DNA of 64,000 bases. Origin: Octopus vulgaris (Eukaryota). The notes beneath the pieces are model-generated. The model was not told the origin of the DNA. It worked only from the letters and a program-made list of their open reading frames with translations, and did not search any database. Position numbers and translations under genes: made by a program. The DNA lies in the NCBI GenBank assembly GCA_951406725.2, contig OX597825.1, positions 7,874,001-7,938,000 of the forward strand, in the 5' to 3' direction. Below, piece by piece: positions 40,785 through 53,999 of the stretch. Each line of letters opens with the position of its first letter. Position 1 is the stretch's first letter.

Positions 40785-40915
40785 TTCGCCGAGATCGACT
40801 GTGCCATTCATTCTTTTGGGGTCGACAAATTAAGTACCAGTTACGCACTGGGGTCGATGTAATCGACTAGTCTCCTCCCCTCAAATTTCAGGCCTTGTAC
40901 CTATAGTAGAAATGA
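40785..40915 (+). mobile_element. 5'-truncated SINE-A
   Basis: GGGGTCGACAAATTAAGTACCAGTTACGCACTGGGGTCGATGTAATCGAC...AAATTTCAGGCCTTGTACCTATAGTAGAAA. Confidence 0.85.
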
Positions 40916-41289
40916 TTATATACTTACACATGCGTACATTGCAAATATGTAACTGTATCTATAACCATATCTATTTATTTATATGTATGCATGTATGTAT
41001 GCATGCATACAGACATATGTACAAGCAAACATACGTCCATACATACATGGAAATATACGTCCATACATACATGCAAACATACGTCCATACATACGTACAT
41101 ACATACATACATACATACATACATACATACAAAAATACCCTGTTGTTGTTGTTGAAATTCCAATGAAGAAACCTTGGGTCTAGGTTAGAAACCTGTTCTT
41201 TCTCTATTAGCAAGAAAAAACAACAACGCGAGGACGTGTTACACCTACTGTCTTATTGGACGCTCAGGAAAGGAAAGAAAAGAAAGAGG

Positions 41290-41328
41290 CTTTTCACGTT
41301 TCAAGCGGCGTACTTCATCAGAAATATA
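41290..41328 (-). ncRNA. Degenerate minimal hammerhead-ribozyme-like motif
   Basis: Minus strand TTT-CTGATGA-AGTACGCCGCTT-GAAACGT-G-AAA: both core boxes and the ACGT palindrome are present; stems are short and the cleavage base is a non-canonical G. Confidence 0.45.
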
Positions 41329-41494
41329 GTAAAAGTCCAAAGAAGGGAAGACGGAGGAAGAAAATCGCCAACGATACATACGCGGTCACCTATAGAAATG
41401 ACTGGAAGGAAATGGGTGAAGAAAAAGTTCTTTCTAAGACAGGAGAGTGCAAGAGAAGGAAGTATGTGTGTGGGTATGTGCATGCGCACAGGTC

Positions 41495-41542
<48 letters not shown>

Positions 41543-41959
41543 TTGGTAATAGTACATAGGAATGTATGTGTGTGAGTGTGGGAGTGAGTTTATCACGTGA
41601 CTAGAGTTATTCGCTTGCACTTCTGAATATATATATCTATAGAATTTTTGCATGGCTGCTGTCTTACCAACGCGAATCTAGAATGTTATGTGGTATTCAA
41701 GATTGATGTTATCTAATAGGGAACATTAAAATATTGGTTAGATATAATGTTGATGGTGATGATGATGGTAAGGTATGTTAATTTTACTTTAGTATAAAAG
41801 CATAGAGAGGTTAGTAGTAAAACATATATTTAGGCTGATGTTTCAAGTTTAATTAATGGAATTGCTAATTAGTCAAACATCACGAACAAACGATTCAGTT
41901 ATTATCAAGAAGGGTTGAAATTAATTCGTGCAAGATTTCTCAGCTCTAGAATCACTCCT

Positions 41960-42251
41960 TCATAGCCAGCCAATGAAATTTTAAGTCTAACTTTCGTGTT
42001 GCAGGGTGCACAAAATGCTTCTCCTCAGTAAATTCTTCATACCGTGACAAACTCTCCAAGATATATGCCAAAACATTGTAGAAGAGTCAACTTATGTATT
42101 GAAAATGAAGGACAGTACTTTCAACAAAACTTATAAAGTTTGTTAAAGTCTTGTAAAGTCTAATATATTCTTTTGTAGTCTTATTCCATCTTATAAATAT
42201 TTATTTTGCAATAAAATACTTACTGCGGAAATACTTTTTGAACACCCTGTA
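41960..42251 (+). mobile_element. 3' end of a Tc1/mariner element with TIR
   Basis: RRVNLCIENEGQYFQQNL* C-terminus followed by ACTTTTTGAACACCCTG-TA, a typical mariner-family TIR plus TA. Confidence 0.7.
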
Positions 42252-42386
42252 CATGATCAGAGGTTGGGGAAAAGTGCCTGGTGGTATTTAACTCTGAATC
42301 GTTAAGTTCTGGGATGAAAATATTTTCGTGTTCAAGTTTGCTTTTCGTACTTCCGAAATCACGAATTACAATGTGAGTGAAAGAAA

Positions 42387-42486
<100 letters not shown>

Positions 42487-43112
42487 TCGTGAGCCTTTAA
42501 CTCCTTCGGGAAATATAGGAGCGCCTGCTTGGATATAGGAAAATAATCAAATCAGAAAGACACACACACACACACAGACACATACACAGATACACGAGCA
42601 AACGTACACTCACACAATCGTATACACAACACACACACACACACATATTTAAGTATATATATATACGTATGTACGGGTGTATGCGTGTATTATGTATGTA
42701 TATATATGTATATGTATGTGTATGTATATGCATATGTATGCATGTGTATGTACATGTATATGTATCTATATGTATATGTATGTATACGTATGTATATGTA
42801 TGTATATGTATATATGTATGTACGGGTGTATGCGTGTAAGTACTATGTATATGAAATTTGCCGAAATGACAGAATCATTTAAAGGGACCGCCTGGACGGT
42901 TTGCAGTTTACTTCTCCGTTCTCTCTTTCGTTTTCTCTTTCATTCCTTCCTTCTTTCTTTCTTTCTTTCTTTCAGAATGAAATCGTTTCTAGTTTTATAG
43001 AATTAGAATCGATGGTCTTCATTATATTTCGCAGTAAGGAATGGTCTCCGTATTGCCATGTGAGCGTCCCTGTTTTATTTTTCTTTTATATATATAGGTA
43101 AGTGACCAAATG

Positions 43113-43706
43113 AACACACACAAACATATACGCATAGACTCACACACGCACAGACACACACACACACACACAAACACACGCGCATTGACAAAAACACTCA
43201 CACAAAACACACGCACAGACACATACACACACACACAAACACACGCGCATTGACAAAAACACTCACACAAAACACACGCACAAACACTCAGGCATGGACT
43301 CTCACACACGCACAGACACAGACACAAACACATGAATAGATACTCACACATGAACAAACACACACACATACACACACACGCACAGACATACAGACACACA
43401 CACACACACACTCATGCATGGACTCTCACACACGCACAGACACAACACACAAGTACACACACACATTAGATACTGACACACGCACAGACACACATAGACA
43501 CAAACACACGAATAGACACTCACACACACACAGACACACAGACACACAAACACACGAATAGACACTCACACACGTACAGACACACAGACACACAAACACA
43601 CGAATAGACACTCACACACGTACAGACACATATACACACAAACACACGAATAGATGCTCACACATGAACAAACACACACACACACATACACACAAACTCA
43701 CACGCC

Positions 43707-43741
<35 letters not shown>

Positions 43742-43768
43742 AGAAACACACACGGAAACACACACAGA
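43113..43768. repeat. Degenerate (CA)-based minisatellite with higher-order units
   Basis: Recurring CACGAATAGACACTCACACA and CGCATTGACAAAAACACTCA blocks. Confidence 0.85.
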
Positions 43769-44429
43769 ACATTTGTCATTCTGTCGGTGAGGATGTCGAG
43801 GATTGCAATCGATCCAATCAACAGAACGGTCTGCTCGTGAAATTAAAGTGCAATTTACCTTTAATGTAATTCTGAAGGAGATTTAACGTGACACTGAATG
43901 TGACAAGTGAGGCCGTTTGATACAGGTACGGCTCATAATAAGAAATAACCAGGTAAGTGGAGTGGTATAACCTGAAGTAAAGTATCTTGCTGAAGGACAC
44001 AACCTTACGATCGTTAGCTGAATTATGCTACAACTACTAGGTCACGCATCTTCAAACACTTTGGGAGACAAAGTAGTCGGTTTTTGCTGTTCAGCAGCAA
44101 TGGCAGCGGAAGACACGGTTGTCGGGTTTTGTTGTTGCTGTCCAGCAGCAATGGTGGCAGGGGACGCACAAGTCGCCACACAAGTCAGGCAATGAAACGA
44201 CTAGTTTGGTAGCTGGACCATTTCCCAGGGTTTATCCATCGTACTGTGGTGCAAGGCAAACAAAGAAAGGAAGAAGAAGAAAAAAAAGTGAAGATACAGA
44301 TAAATAAGATGTTATTATTTGTTGTTGTTAACTGTTTTCGCATACACGGACGGACGGTAGTGGAGGATCTCCTTCGTCCAAAAATGGTGATTCAGTAATT
44401 TGATTAAAGGAATTTCTTTTATTATTATT

Positions 44430-44562
44430 GAATACCATAGTAATGAGAACCCCGGTTCGAAATTTCCCCAAGACACCTGATGAAGGCTGGAGGTTATATC
44501 AGCCGAAACATTGTGTTAACAAGATGAGGACAAATATCCATCAAATTTAAATAATGTAAATA
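44430..44562 (+). mobile_element. Short non-coding element carrying a hammerhead motif (Penelope pLTR-like or retrozyme-like)
   Basis: B-box-like GGTTCGAAAT, then the hammerhead core, then a tail ATCCATCAAATTTAAATAATGTAAATA shared with 18873-18899. Confidence 0.6.
44472..44517 (+). ncRNA. Minimal type I hammerhead ribozyme motif (probably decayed)
   Basis: Stem I GACAC(44472-76)/GTGTT(44513-17); CTGATGA 44477-83; stem II GGCTG/CAGCC (44485-89/44500-04); GAAA 44505-08; then CATT. Confidence 0.7.
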
Positions 44563-44599
44563 TTGCTCAAAATCATTGTCTAATAATTTTTTTTATAAT

Positions 44600-44800
44600 T
44601 TTGCATCAGGAACAGCAATTTTGAAGGGAGGCAGCTGATATTGACCCCCCCCTATCAGACGGGTACGGATTTTATCGACACAGACTGAATAAAAGGCATA
44701 TTAGATTTGGTAGCATTTGAAATCCGAACGTAAAATCGGAAAAAATAATGCCGAGCTTTTTGTCCGGTGCAAATAAGATTCCGTCAGTCCGCCGACTTTG
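44600..44800 (-). mobile_element. Degenerate SINE-A
   Basis: TTTATCGAC...AAAGGCA...ATTTGAA...GAACGTAAA pattern of the reverse-complemented consensus. Confidence 0.55.
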
Positions 44801-45402
44801 TTATGCCTCATTATCCATTCCGTATTATTTCCTTGAAAACACGTTAATGCCCCGGCATGCATAAATCTAAAATATACTGGATACTAAAAATTTCTCTGTT
44901 AAATAATTCGTTGATATTCTGTAAAATAGTTGTGGGCCATGAAGATTGCCATTGGCCAAGTGTAACGGATTTTCTTTCTGCTGGGAATAGTATAATCTTT
45001 ACCGAATTCATGGTGTCGAGAAAATAGCCAAACTGATGTAAATAACTAATTCCTTCATGGCCTAAATATTAATTCCCTAAAATTCAGGAAATAATATTCT
45101 CTGTAACTTTGAATAATTTACAAGAGGAAAAATTTAAAAAATCGAAATAGCAGACAAATGTTGAGATCTGACAAATTCGTGCGAGGAAGAATGTCACAAG
45201 TTGAAGAATTTTCACTCGACACCAGTTATTTAATTAGCCATGCGAAGAAATTAGGAATATGAGGATGGTTTTCGATGAAAAGATTAAATAGCAGCTGGAT
45301 AGAGTCCCATCTCTTGCCTTCAGGAGCTTATAAACGACAAACACACACATAAAACATGCCGCAGGCATACATACAAATGTACGATCACTGACAACAAAGT
45401 AA

Positions 45403-45475
<73 letters not shown>

Positions 45476-45477
<2 letters not shown>

Positions 45478-45873
45478 GCGGAGGAGCGGCTGTGTGGTAA
45501 GTAGCTTCCTTACCAACCACATGGTACCGGGCTCAGTCCCACTGCGTGGCACCTTGGGCAAGTGTCTTCTACTAGAGCGTCAGTCCAACCAAAGCTTTGT
45601 GAGTGGACTTGTGAGTGAAAGAAGCCCGTCGTATACGTGTATATGTATATATATGTGCGTGTGTGTTTGTGTGTCTGTGTTTGTTCCCTCAACATCGCTT
45701 GACAACCGGTTCTGGTTTGTTTACGTCCTCGTAACTTAGCGGTTCGGCAAAAAAACCGTTAGAATAAGTACTAGGCTTACAAAGAATAAGTCCTGGGTTC
45801 GATTTGCTCGACAAAAGGCGTTGCTCCAGCATGGTCGCAGTCAAATGAACGAAACAAGTAAAATAGTAAAATA
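45476..45873 (+). mobile_element. Full-length SINE-B
   Basis: Head, CORE-like CACCTTGGGCAAGTGTCTTCT, internal microsatellite and tail all present. Confidence 0.9.
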
Positions 45874-47482
45874 GATATATAGATATCTGTTTCTTTCTGC
45901 GTATATGTTTTGGCGAGTGTTTGCATATGTGCGTGAAATATATGTGGTGTTGTATTTACGGAAAGCATTTCAGAACTTTATCCAGTAGTATTAAAACAGG
46001 AATATTCTATTAAAGTTAGGTATGCTACTCATGATCACAGATTTAAAAGTAATTATATGAAAATTATATGAATATCTTCGTAATGTATACGCTTACAGAT
46101 AGAAAACAGCCATATCGACGCACACACACGTAGGTATAATACGGTAAGAGAGAAAGAGAAGAGATAGATGGAGGTATATAGAAACATTACCGTATGCTTT
46201 ATGAGAACATACGGATGTGGTAGGGCCTCCATGAGCACTACAGTGTGAAAGGAAACCTCTGATATTCCGACATTGGGTTCCGATATCCGGTTACCGGTTA
46301 AGCTATTTCCTTTTGCGAAATCTATTGCTAGAGACGTAATGGTTCTGCAACTATGACTTTCACTTCGCTTATAATCTGGAATATGTTTTTCACTTATGCT
46401 ATAATCACTGAATAGGCGATAGATTATATTTTCTCCTCAACATTCCTACATATATAAACATATAATTATATTACTATCGATTTCTTCTTCAAGAATATTT
46501 GTGAATTATGGTTTTAACTAAGCACAATAACAACATAATTTAAACGAAATATAGCAGTAGTTAGCGTAAATGACTTCATTATTTAGTTTACATAATTCGT
46601 GAAGTAATGCATCATTATATGAGGAAATATGTAAATAACATAGATATTATCATTTCTAAGCAAGAATTATCATTATTCATTTGAAATAATATTGATTCAA
46701 CTGACATTTAGGAAATTCTAACTGATGATATTCTTGCGTGAATACCATATCTTTTCAAAAAATGAAACAGCAATCTGGATGTGATTGTAAAATTTTTACT
46801 ATTTAATTTTATGATTTATGCTTCTTGCATAATCATTCAGAAAATACCGACTGTCAACAGCTATGAGGAATTTCGTGTCTAGAAAATATTGGTTCCGATA
46901 CATTAGTACTGGAATTATATCTAATCTTGTGAATTAGTTTAGTTATTCTTTGGCGAGTACGCAGTTATTTTAATGTCTTGAAGAAAACATTAAGAATTCG
47001 AAGGTTTCAGAAGAATTTTAACTAAAGTACGTTCCTGGAGATCACGCGGAAATAAGGCGAGAGTGAACTACTTTATATCGGTGGAAGTTCTATTCGGAGT
47101 TCGTCAATTATAATGCTTTTACACAGAAGACGATGTCATGTTTATATAGGACGACGAGCGTTTAATGTGGGAACAATTCTGTTGCATTTGTCTTGAAATC
47201 AACCAAAATTGAAGTGTTGTATTTTAAAACGTAACTGCCAAAAAGAAAAAGAGAAAAGAAAAATGAGTTTGAGATTATACAAATCATGGCGTTTAGTTGT
47301 TCTGATCCTAAATTTTGATGTTCTGGAAGAGTCTGCGACATATAACTTGATGCTGAATATAGATTACGCGGGAGGGAGTATTTTCTTATAAATGGTATAT
47401 CCACAAACACACACACAAACTCAAACACACAGGTGTTTATATGTGAGTGGATTTGGTAGACGGAAACTGAAAGAGACCCGTC

Positions 47483-47533
<51 letters not shown>

Positions 47534-47656
47534 GGCAAATAGCAAAATGGAGAGGATATACAATCGACAAACATCAGCCAGTAAACATTCAATTATATCT
47601 ATTTCTTAAATTGATTACAAACATATGTAATAGAATGAAATAAGCCAATAGATACG

Positions 47657-47706
<50 letters not shown>

Positions 47707-47725
47707 TATATACATACATACATAC

Positions 47726-47804
<79 letters not shown>

Positions 47805-47931
47805 AGCACTTGGTTATATAAACTTAGGTACACATCCAGTTGTATATTGGATATTTAATATCCCTTAGATAGTTTCTTAATCTCTAACTCATACAGACAC
47901 ACACACACACACATACACACACATATATATA

Positions 47932-48114
47932 TGTGTGGTAAGAAGCTTGCTTCCCAAGTACGTGGTTCTGTGTTGAGTTCCACTGCATGGCACCTTAGCC
48001 ACGTGTCTTCTGCTGTAGCCTCGCCCGAATAAAGCCTTGTGGGTGGATTTGGTAGATGAAAACTGAAAGAAGTCTGTCGTATATATATGTATATATATAT
48101 CTATATCTATATCA

Positions 48115-48154
<40 letters not shown>

Positions 48155-48365
48155 ATGCGTGTGTTTATCCCCCAATCACCACTTCACAATCGGTATTCGT
48201 GTGTTTACGTCCCCGTAACTTAGTGGTTCGCAAATGACCGATAGAATATGAATTTGGATTAAAAAATAAGTACTGGTGTGGATTCATTCGACTAAACATT
48301 CAAGGCGGTGCCCCAGCATGGTCACAGTCTAATGCCTGAAACAAATAAAAGATAAAAAAGAAAAG
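47932..48365 (+). mobile_element. SINE-B copy
   Basis: Same diagnostic blocks as the other SINE-B copies. Confidence 0.85.
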
Positions 48366-48405
48366 AAAAAGGATATAACATACACACATACACACATACA
48401 CACAT

Positions 48406-48480
<75 letters not shown>

Positions 48481-48486
48481 CTAATA

Positions 48487-48750
48487 AAAAAAGGGTTCTG
48501 CAAAGATTTGCCTCACCACACACCGAAGTTCAGAAATGGCAGCCAAAAATCTTAGCCAATTCTTCTACTTTAAAAAGGGTCTTCTTTAAAGTAGAAGAAA
48601 TGGCTAGGATTTTGGCTGCTATTTCTGAACTTCGGTGTGTGGTGGGGCAATTCTTTGCATAACCGTTTTTATGTCCTGTTTTCATACCGATTTCTACTTG
48701 GTGAAATTTATTGATTACTTCTTAATTAATTAATTTTACCCTTTGTTATT
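48487..48750 (+). mobile_element. (TA)n-embedded fold-back element with ~85-bp arms
   Basis: ~48487-48574 pairs with ~48585-48672 with scattered mismatches; followed by ACTTGGTGAAATTT...AATTAATTAATTTTACCCT (48696-48742). Confidence 0.75.
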
Positions 48751-49411
48751 ATTGATATATATATATATATATATAAAACGATCTTCTTTTAGCTTCCGCC
48801 TACCAAATTCAGGCAATCGGCTCGAGGCTATAGTAGAAGAAGCTTGCAGAAGTTGCCGTACTCTGGAACTGAACTTATGACCACATAATTGGAGTGTAAG
48901 CTAGAAAGACAGACAGACAGACAAATACACAAAGAAATAGACTGATAGCTGAGGCAGACAGGGAGAGAGAGAAAGACTGAGACAAAGACGGAGGGGGAGA
49001 AAGAGAGAAGGTGAGAGAGATGGAGTGGTGGCTGGATGGATATAGATACGTTTTAAAGAAAACCGGTGTCTTTCGAATTGACGTCAGTTTCATTAAAAAT
49101 GAAAATAAAAAAATGGTGCGTCGATTCATAAACATATATCTAAAAACTTGGCTCTTATATTCAGCTGAAAATCTTTCAATAATACTTAAATATGAATGTT
49201 TTTATTTTACGTCTACGAAACATTAATGTGAATCTTCTCATACAAGCACACACACACACACACTCACAAACACACACAAACACATACACACATACTCACA
49301 AACACACACACACACACACACAAACACACACAAACACACACACACTCACAAACACACACACAAACACACACACACAAGCACACACATATACATATATAAG
49401 TATGTATATAT

Positions 49412-50446
49412 ATGTGTATAGATAGAGATATTTTGTATATAGACTCATTTGTGTTTATACATATGTACATACATATATACACACATATACATATATGTAT
49501 ATATATATATATTTATATATATGTATATGTTGTATATGTGTGTGTATGCATGCGTGTGAATGTATGTACGTATGTATGCGTGTGTGAATTGAAATAAACA
49601 ATTTTCTCACACTTCTTTCAAAATGTGTTGTGTATCTCAACGACCGGAAATGTTTTTGTTGCTGACTGATTGTCGTATTTAAGATTCAGTCAAGAAAACA
49701 ATCTTATATTACTTGCGTGTGTAGTTTTAAGCTCGTATATGTTAGTTCCAATGCCGAACCTATAAGTCAACACGTACTACGCTACGTCCTCAATAATTTT
49801 CAAACATTTTCTCCTTTGGAATAAAAAAAAACATATATATATATACTTTACAAAATTTACCACGAATATTTGCAGTTCCAGTGCGGTCACTTTCTGTCTG
49901 TCTATCTATCCCTGCATCTATCAATGTATGTATGTAGGTATGCATGTATGTATGTATGTATGTATGTATGTATGTATGGAACTGCAAATATTCGTGGTAA
50001 ATTTTGTAAAGTATATATATATATGTTTTTTTTTATTCCAAAGGAGAAAATGTTTGAAAATTATTGAGGACGTAGCGTAGTACGTGTTGACTTATAGGTT
50101 CGGCATTGGAACTAACATATACGAGCTTAAATACTACACACGCAAGTAATATAAGATTGTTTTCTTGACTGAATCTTAAATACGACAATCAGTCAGCAAC
50201 AAAAACATTTCCGGTCGTTGAGATACACAACACATTTTGAAAGAAGTGTGAGAAAATTGTTTATTTCAATTCACACACGCATACATACGTACATACATTC
50301 ACACGCATGCATACACACACATATACAACATATACATATATATAAATATATATATATATACATATATGTATATGTGTGTATATATGTATGTACATATGTA
50401 TAAACACAAATGAGTCTATATACAAAATATCTCTATCTATACACAT
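49412..50446. repeat. Near-perfect long inverted duplication (arms 49412-49880 and 49977-50446, 96-bp spacer)
   Basis: Arms are reverse complements apart from a 1-nt indel near 50132; the ORF track shows identical peptides on opposite strands (49412..49597+ / 50261..50446-). Confidence 0.97.
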
Positions 50447-50726
50447 GTATGCATGTATGTATGTATGTACGTACGTATGTATGTATGTATGTATGTATGT
50501 ATGTATGTACGTACGTATGTATGTATGTATGTACGTACGTATGTATGTATGTATGTATGTATGTATGTATGTACGTACGTATGTATGTATGTATGTATGT
50601 ATGTATGTATGTATGTATGTATATATGTATGTATGTATGTACGTATGTATGTATGTATGTACGTATGTATGTATGTATGTATCTATCTATTTATCTAGCT
50701 ATCTATCTATCTATTTATCCATCCCC

Positions 50727-50790
<64 letters not shown>
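50447..50790. repeat. (GTAT)n then (CT)/(TA) microsatellite
   Basis: Directly visible. Confidence 0.95.
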
Positions 50791-50792
<2 letters not shown>

Positions 50793-50794
50793 CA

Positions 50795-51139
50795 TGATTT
50801 GACACGCAGGAAGTCCATGGTCACCCTGGCCGTAGGGGAGGAAGAATTGACGTGTCAGAAGACGTGGCTATGCTGACGTGCGAAGAAGAGCACGATGTGA
50901 GGCCTTAGGATCTGGTCAACGTAGCGGTACAGTGTGATGCCATTCCCTCTGCCTGCACCAATATTTTGGAACACGTGGCTCTCAATTCTCTGATTCAGGC
51001 CTATATCATCCCAAACCATGAAGCTTTGCCCACCCCTCGCGTCTCTCTCCATGATACATGCGTCTTTGTAGTGTTCAAACCTCCTACGTCGCACCCTCAC
51101 TCTGACATCCGAGGTGGAAACATAGTACCGGCTCTCGTA
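50795..51139 (-). mobile_element. Tc1-like (DD34E) transposase fragment
   Basis: YESRYYVSTSDVRVRVRRRRFEHYKDACIMERDARGGQSFMVWDDIG...YVDQILRPHIVLFF...TARVTMDFL (cf. DESRF, GGGSVMVWG, Y.D.ILRP). Confidence 0.85.
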
Positions 51140-51444
51140 GGGAACAGTTGAGAAAGACACAAGCCATTCTTCCTGCAGCACCAAGGCCGAGACGCTGGCT
51201 TAGATCAAGGAGGTATTAGAAGATATTCCAAAGGCCACAAGGGAGGGACGTATGCATCGGATTCCGGAGCCGTCTTGAGGCCTCAGTTGAAGCTGCGGAC
51301 GGCTTCTTTGAGTAAACTGTTATATCCATACCAAAAGTAAAATTGGTAATTCTGGGGTTTTTAATATTTTTTTTCTTTCGGACGTGGTATAGTGTTTCAT
51401 TTTCCTTTTAAGCAAACTGTCAAATTTAGCGCAAACACCTTGTA
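51140..51444 (+). mobile_element. 3' end of a DD37D/maT-like element with TIR
   Basis: GTVEKDTSHSSCSTKAE...IKEVLEDIPK...CIGFRSRLEASVEAADGFFE*, ending GTCAAATTTAGCGCAAACACCTTG-TA. Confidence 0.75.
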
Positions 51445-51679
51445 TATAATATAATGGTAAGTGTTCATGAAGAACTGTCTGTTGTATACAAATATTTTAG
51501 ATACTTGTTTTAAAGCCAAAACAATACAAGTCACGTAGTGTAATAACACAGGTCGAAGGTTTGTACTTTTAAATGCTATTTCTGTATTTCAGATTTAATA
51601 TCCTTTACACAGGAAATCTTCAAAGGAATGATGTTATAAGTAGATTTCTCTGTTCAGTAGTCCATACCCCCAACACAGA

Positions 51680-51722
<43 letters not shown>

Positions 51723-52135
51723 ACATACAAACACATACACACACTCACACACACACACACAAACACACACATACAAGCACATACACACACTCACACACAC
51801 GCATGGATGTGTATAAACACAATCATTATCAATGAAAATACTCGTTTGTCTCCTTCTCACCTCCATCGCCATGTTCCCTGCTCATACGCCATAGTGACTA
51901 CATTTCTGGAATACTCTCGCACCCAGAGCGTTTAGATGTTCATTCAAACACAACATCGAAACACCTCCATCTTGCTATTTTCATGTTGTGAACTACATCC
52001 ACACATATCCCTCTTTGTACCAACGCCATAGCAAATACGATTATAATGATGTATAGATAATGATATATAGAGATGAGAAGAAAGCATTTAGGAAAAAAAA
52101 AAGAGAACTTGTTCCCGAAATATTTACGATTCAAC

Positions 52136-52169
<34 letters not shown>

Positions 52170-52558
52170 GTATGTATATATGTCTGTATAGGTGTCCTTA
52201 CATATTTCTGAATAAATATATATTGTTGGTGGAAAAAAAATGACTTGTCAATATACAAAATATTGCAAATACAAAATTATAGACAGGATGCAACACAATC
52301 TAAACTGAAGGTCTATATAATATGCAATAAAATAAAGCACGTTCGAAATACATACACTCCTATACACACACATATTATTCAATTATGTATGTATATATAT
52401 ATATTATGTATATATATATATATATATGTGTGTATATGTATATATATATATATGTATATGTATATATATATGTGTGTGTGTATGTATATATGTATATATA
52501 TATGTATATATATCAATGTATATATACATACGTACGTACGCACACATTATATTATATC

Positions 52559-52597
<39 letters not shown>

Positions 52598-52677
52598 TAT
52601 ATGCGTATTATATAATATAAAGATATATATCTTATATATATATATGTATATATAAATGTATGTATGTATGTATGTAA

Positions 52678-52721
<44 letters not shown>

Positions 52722-53603
52722 GCTCGCGCAATGAAGCAAAAAAAATGAATTTTGAATTACTGGATGTCAGCACTTGTTTCTATTTCCACTCAGCAACCTA
52801 TTCTTCAGTTATTCTACAACGACTTTTTACATCATTTTTGTTAATTTTCTACCCAAAACAGTTATTATATTCGACACCTTTTCTTCTCTCTCCAGATCAC
52901 AATTCTCTATCCGACCCCTTCTTCTCTCTTGTATACACAGACACAATTCTTCTAACGAGTACTATATATATATATATTTACTCAGAAGAAATTCTTTTTT
53001 TTTCCTATTTATTATATATTTACATGTCCTAATGTTTCTATAATCGCACAATTACTTTGCCATTTACATTTCACAATATATTATCGTTTTCAAAAATATA
53101 TCTTCATTCGCTGTCTTTGTTTTGCGCTATTTCTTCTTTATCTCCTATTCAGTTTTTTTTTGTGTTGTTTAATGTCTTACTTGTATATTTTTATTATTTC
53201 CTTCAATTTTCCGGTTACTTTTCTGCTATGATTAATCAAATGACAAGGAACGCAAAAAAAAAAAAATACATACTCCACAACCCCTTCACTTACACATATA
53301 TACACGCACGCAGGCATGTACACGTATACATATACGTGAATATAATCTTGAGCGCATATATATATATGCATATAAACACAAAGACATATATATTTATACT
53401 ATTTTATATATCGTATATGCACATATGTAAGTATATTTTTCTATATGCGTGTGTTAACAGAGTATATATGCATATATATGTATGTATGTATATATATAAG
53501 TGTGTGTGGATATGTATATATATATATGTATATCTATATATGTATGTATCTCTCTCTCTCTCTCTCTATCTATCAATCTATATATAACATATCTATCTAT
53601 CTA

Positions 53604-53674
<71 letters not shown>

Positions 53675-53958
53675 TAAATATATACATAATTTCGTTTATT
53701 CGCAAACCTATACATATATATATATGTCTAATCTTGTCGAGGAATATTTTGGTGTGTTCGTGTGAGTCTTTTCTTTCAGTATATAAATAGGATTATCTAC
53801 ACATTTGACTTGATTCACAAGTCATTTCTACTGAATTTTGTTCTGTGGGACGTAAATAATATAAATTTGTCCGCACCTACGTACACGCGCATATAAGTAC
53901 TTATAATTATATAGGTATATATGTATGTATGTATGTACACACACAAAAACACTCACAC

Positions 53959-53999
<41 letters not shown>

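Noticed and set aside
43774-43826. Possible pre-miRNA hairpin
   Set aside because: Pairing is short and interrupted, and I recognise no known miRNA sequence
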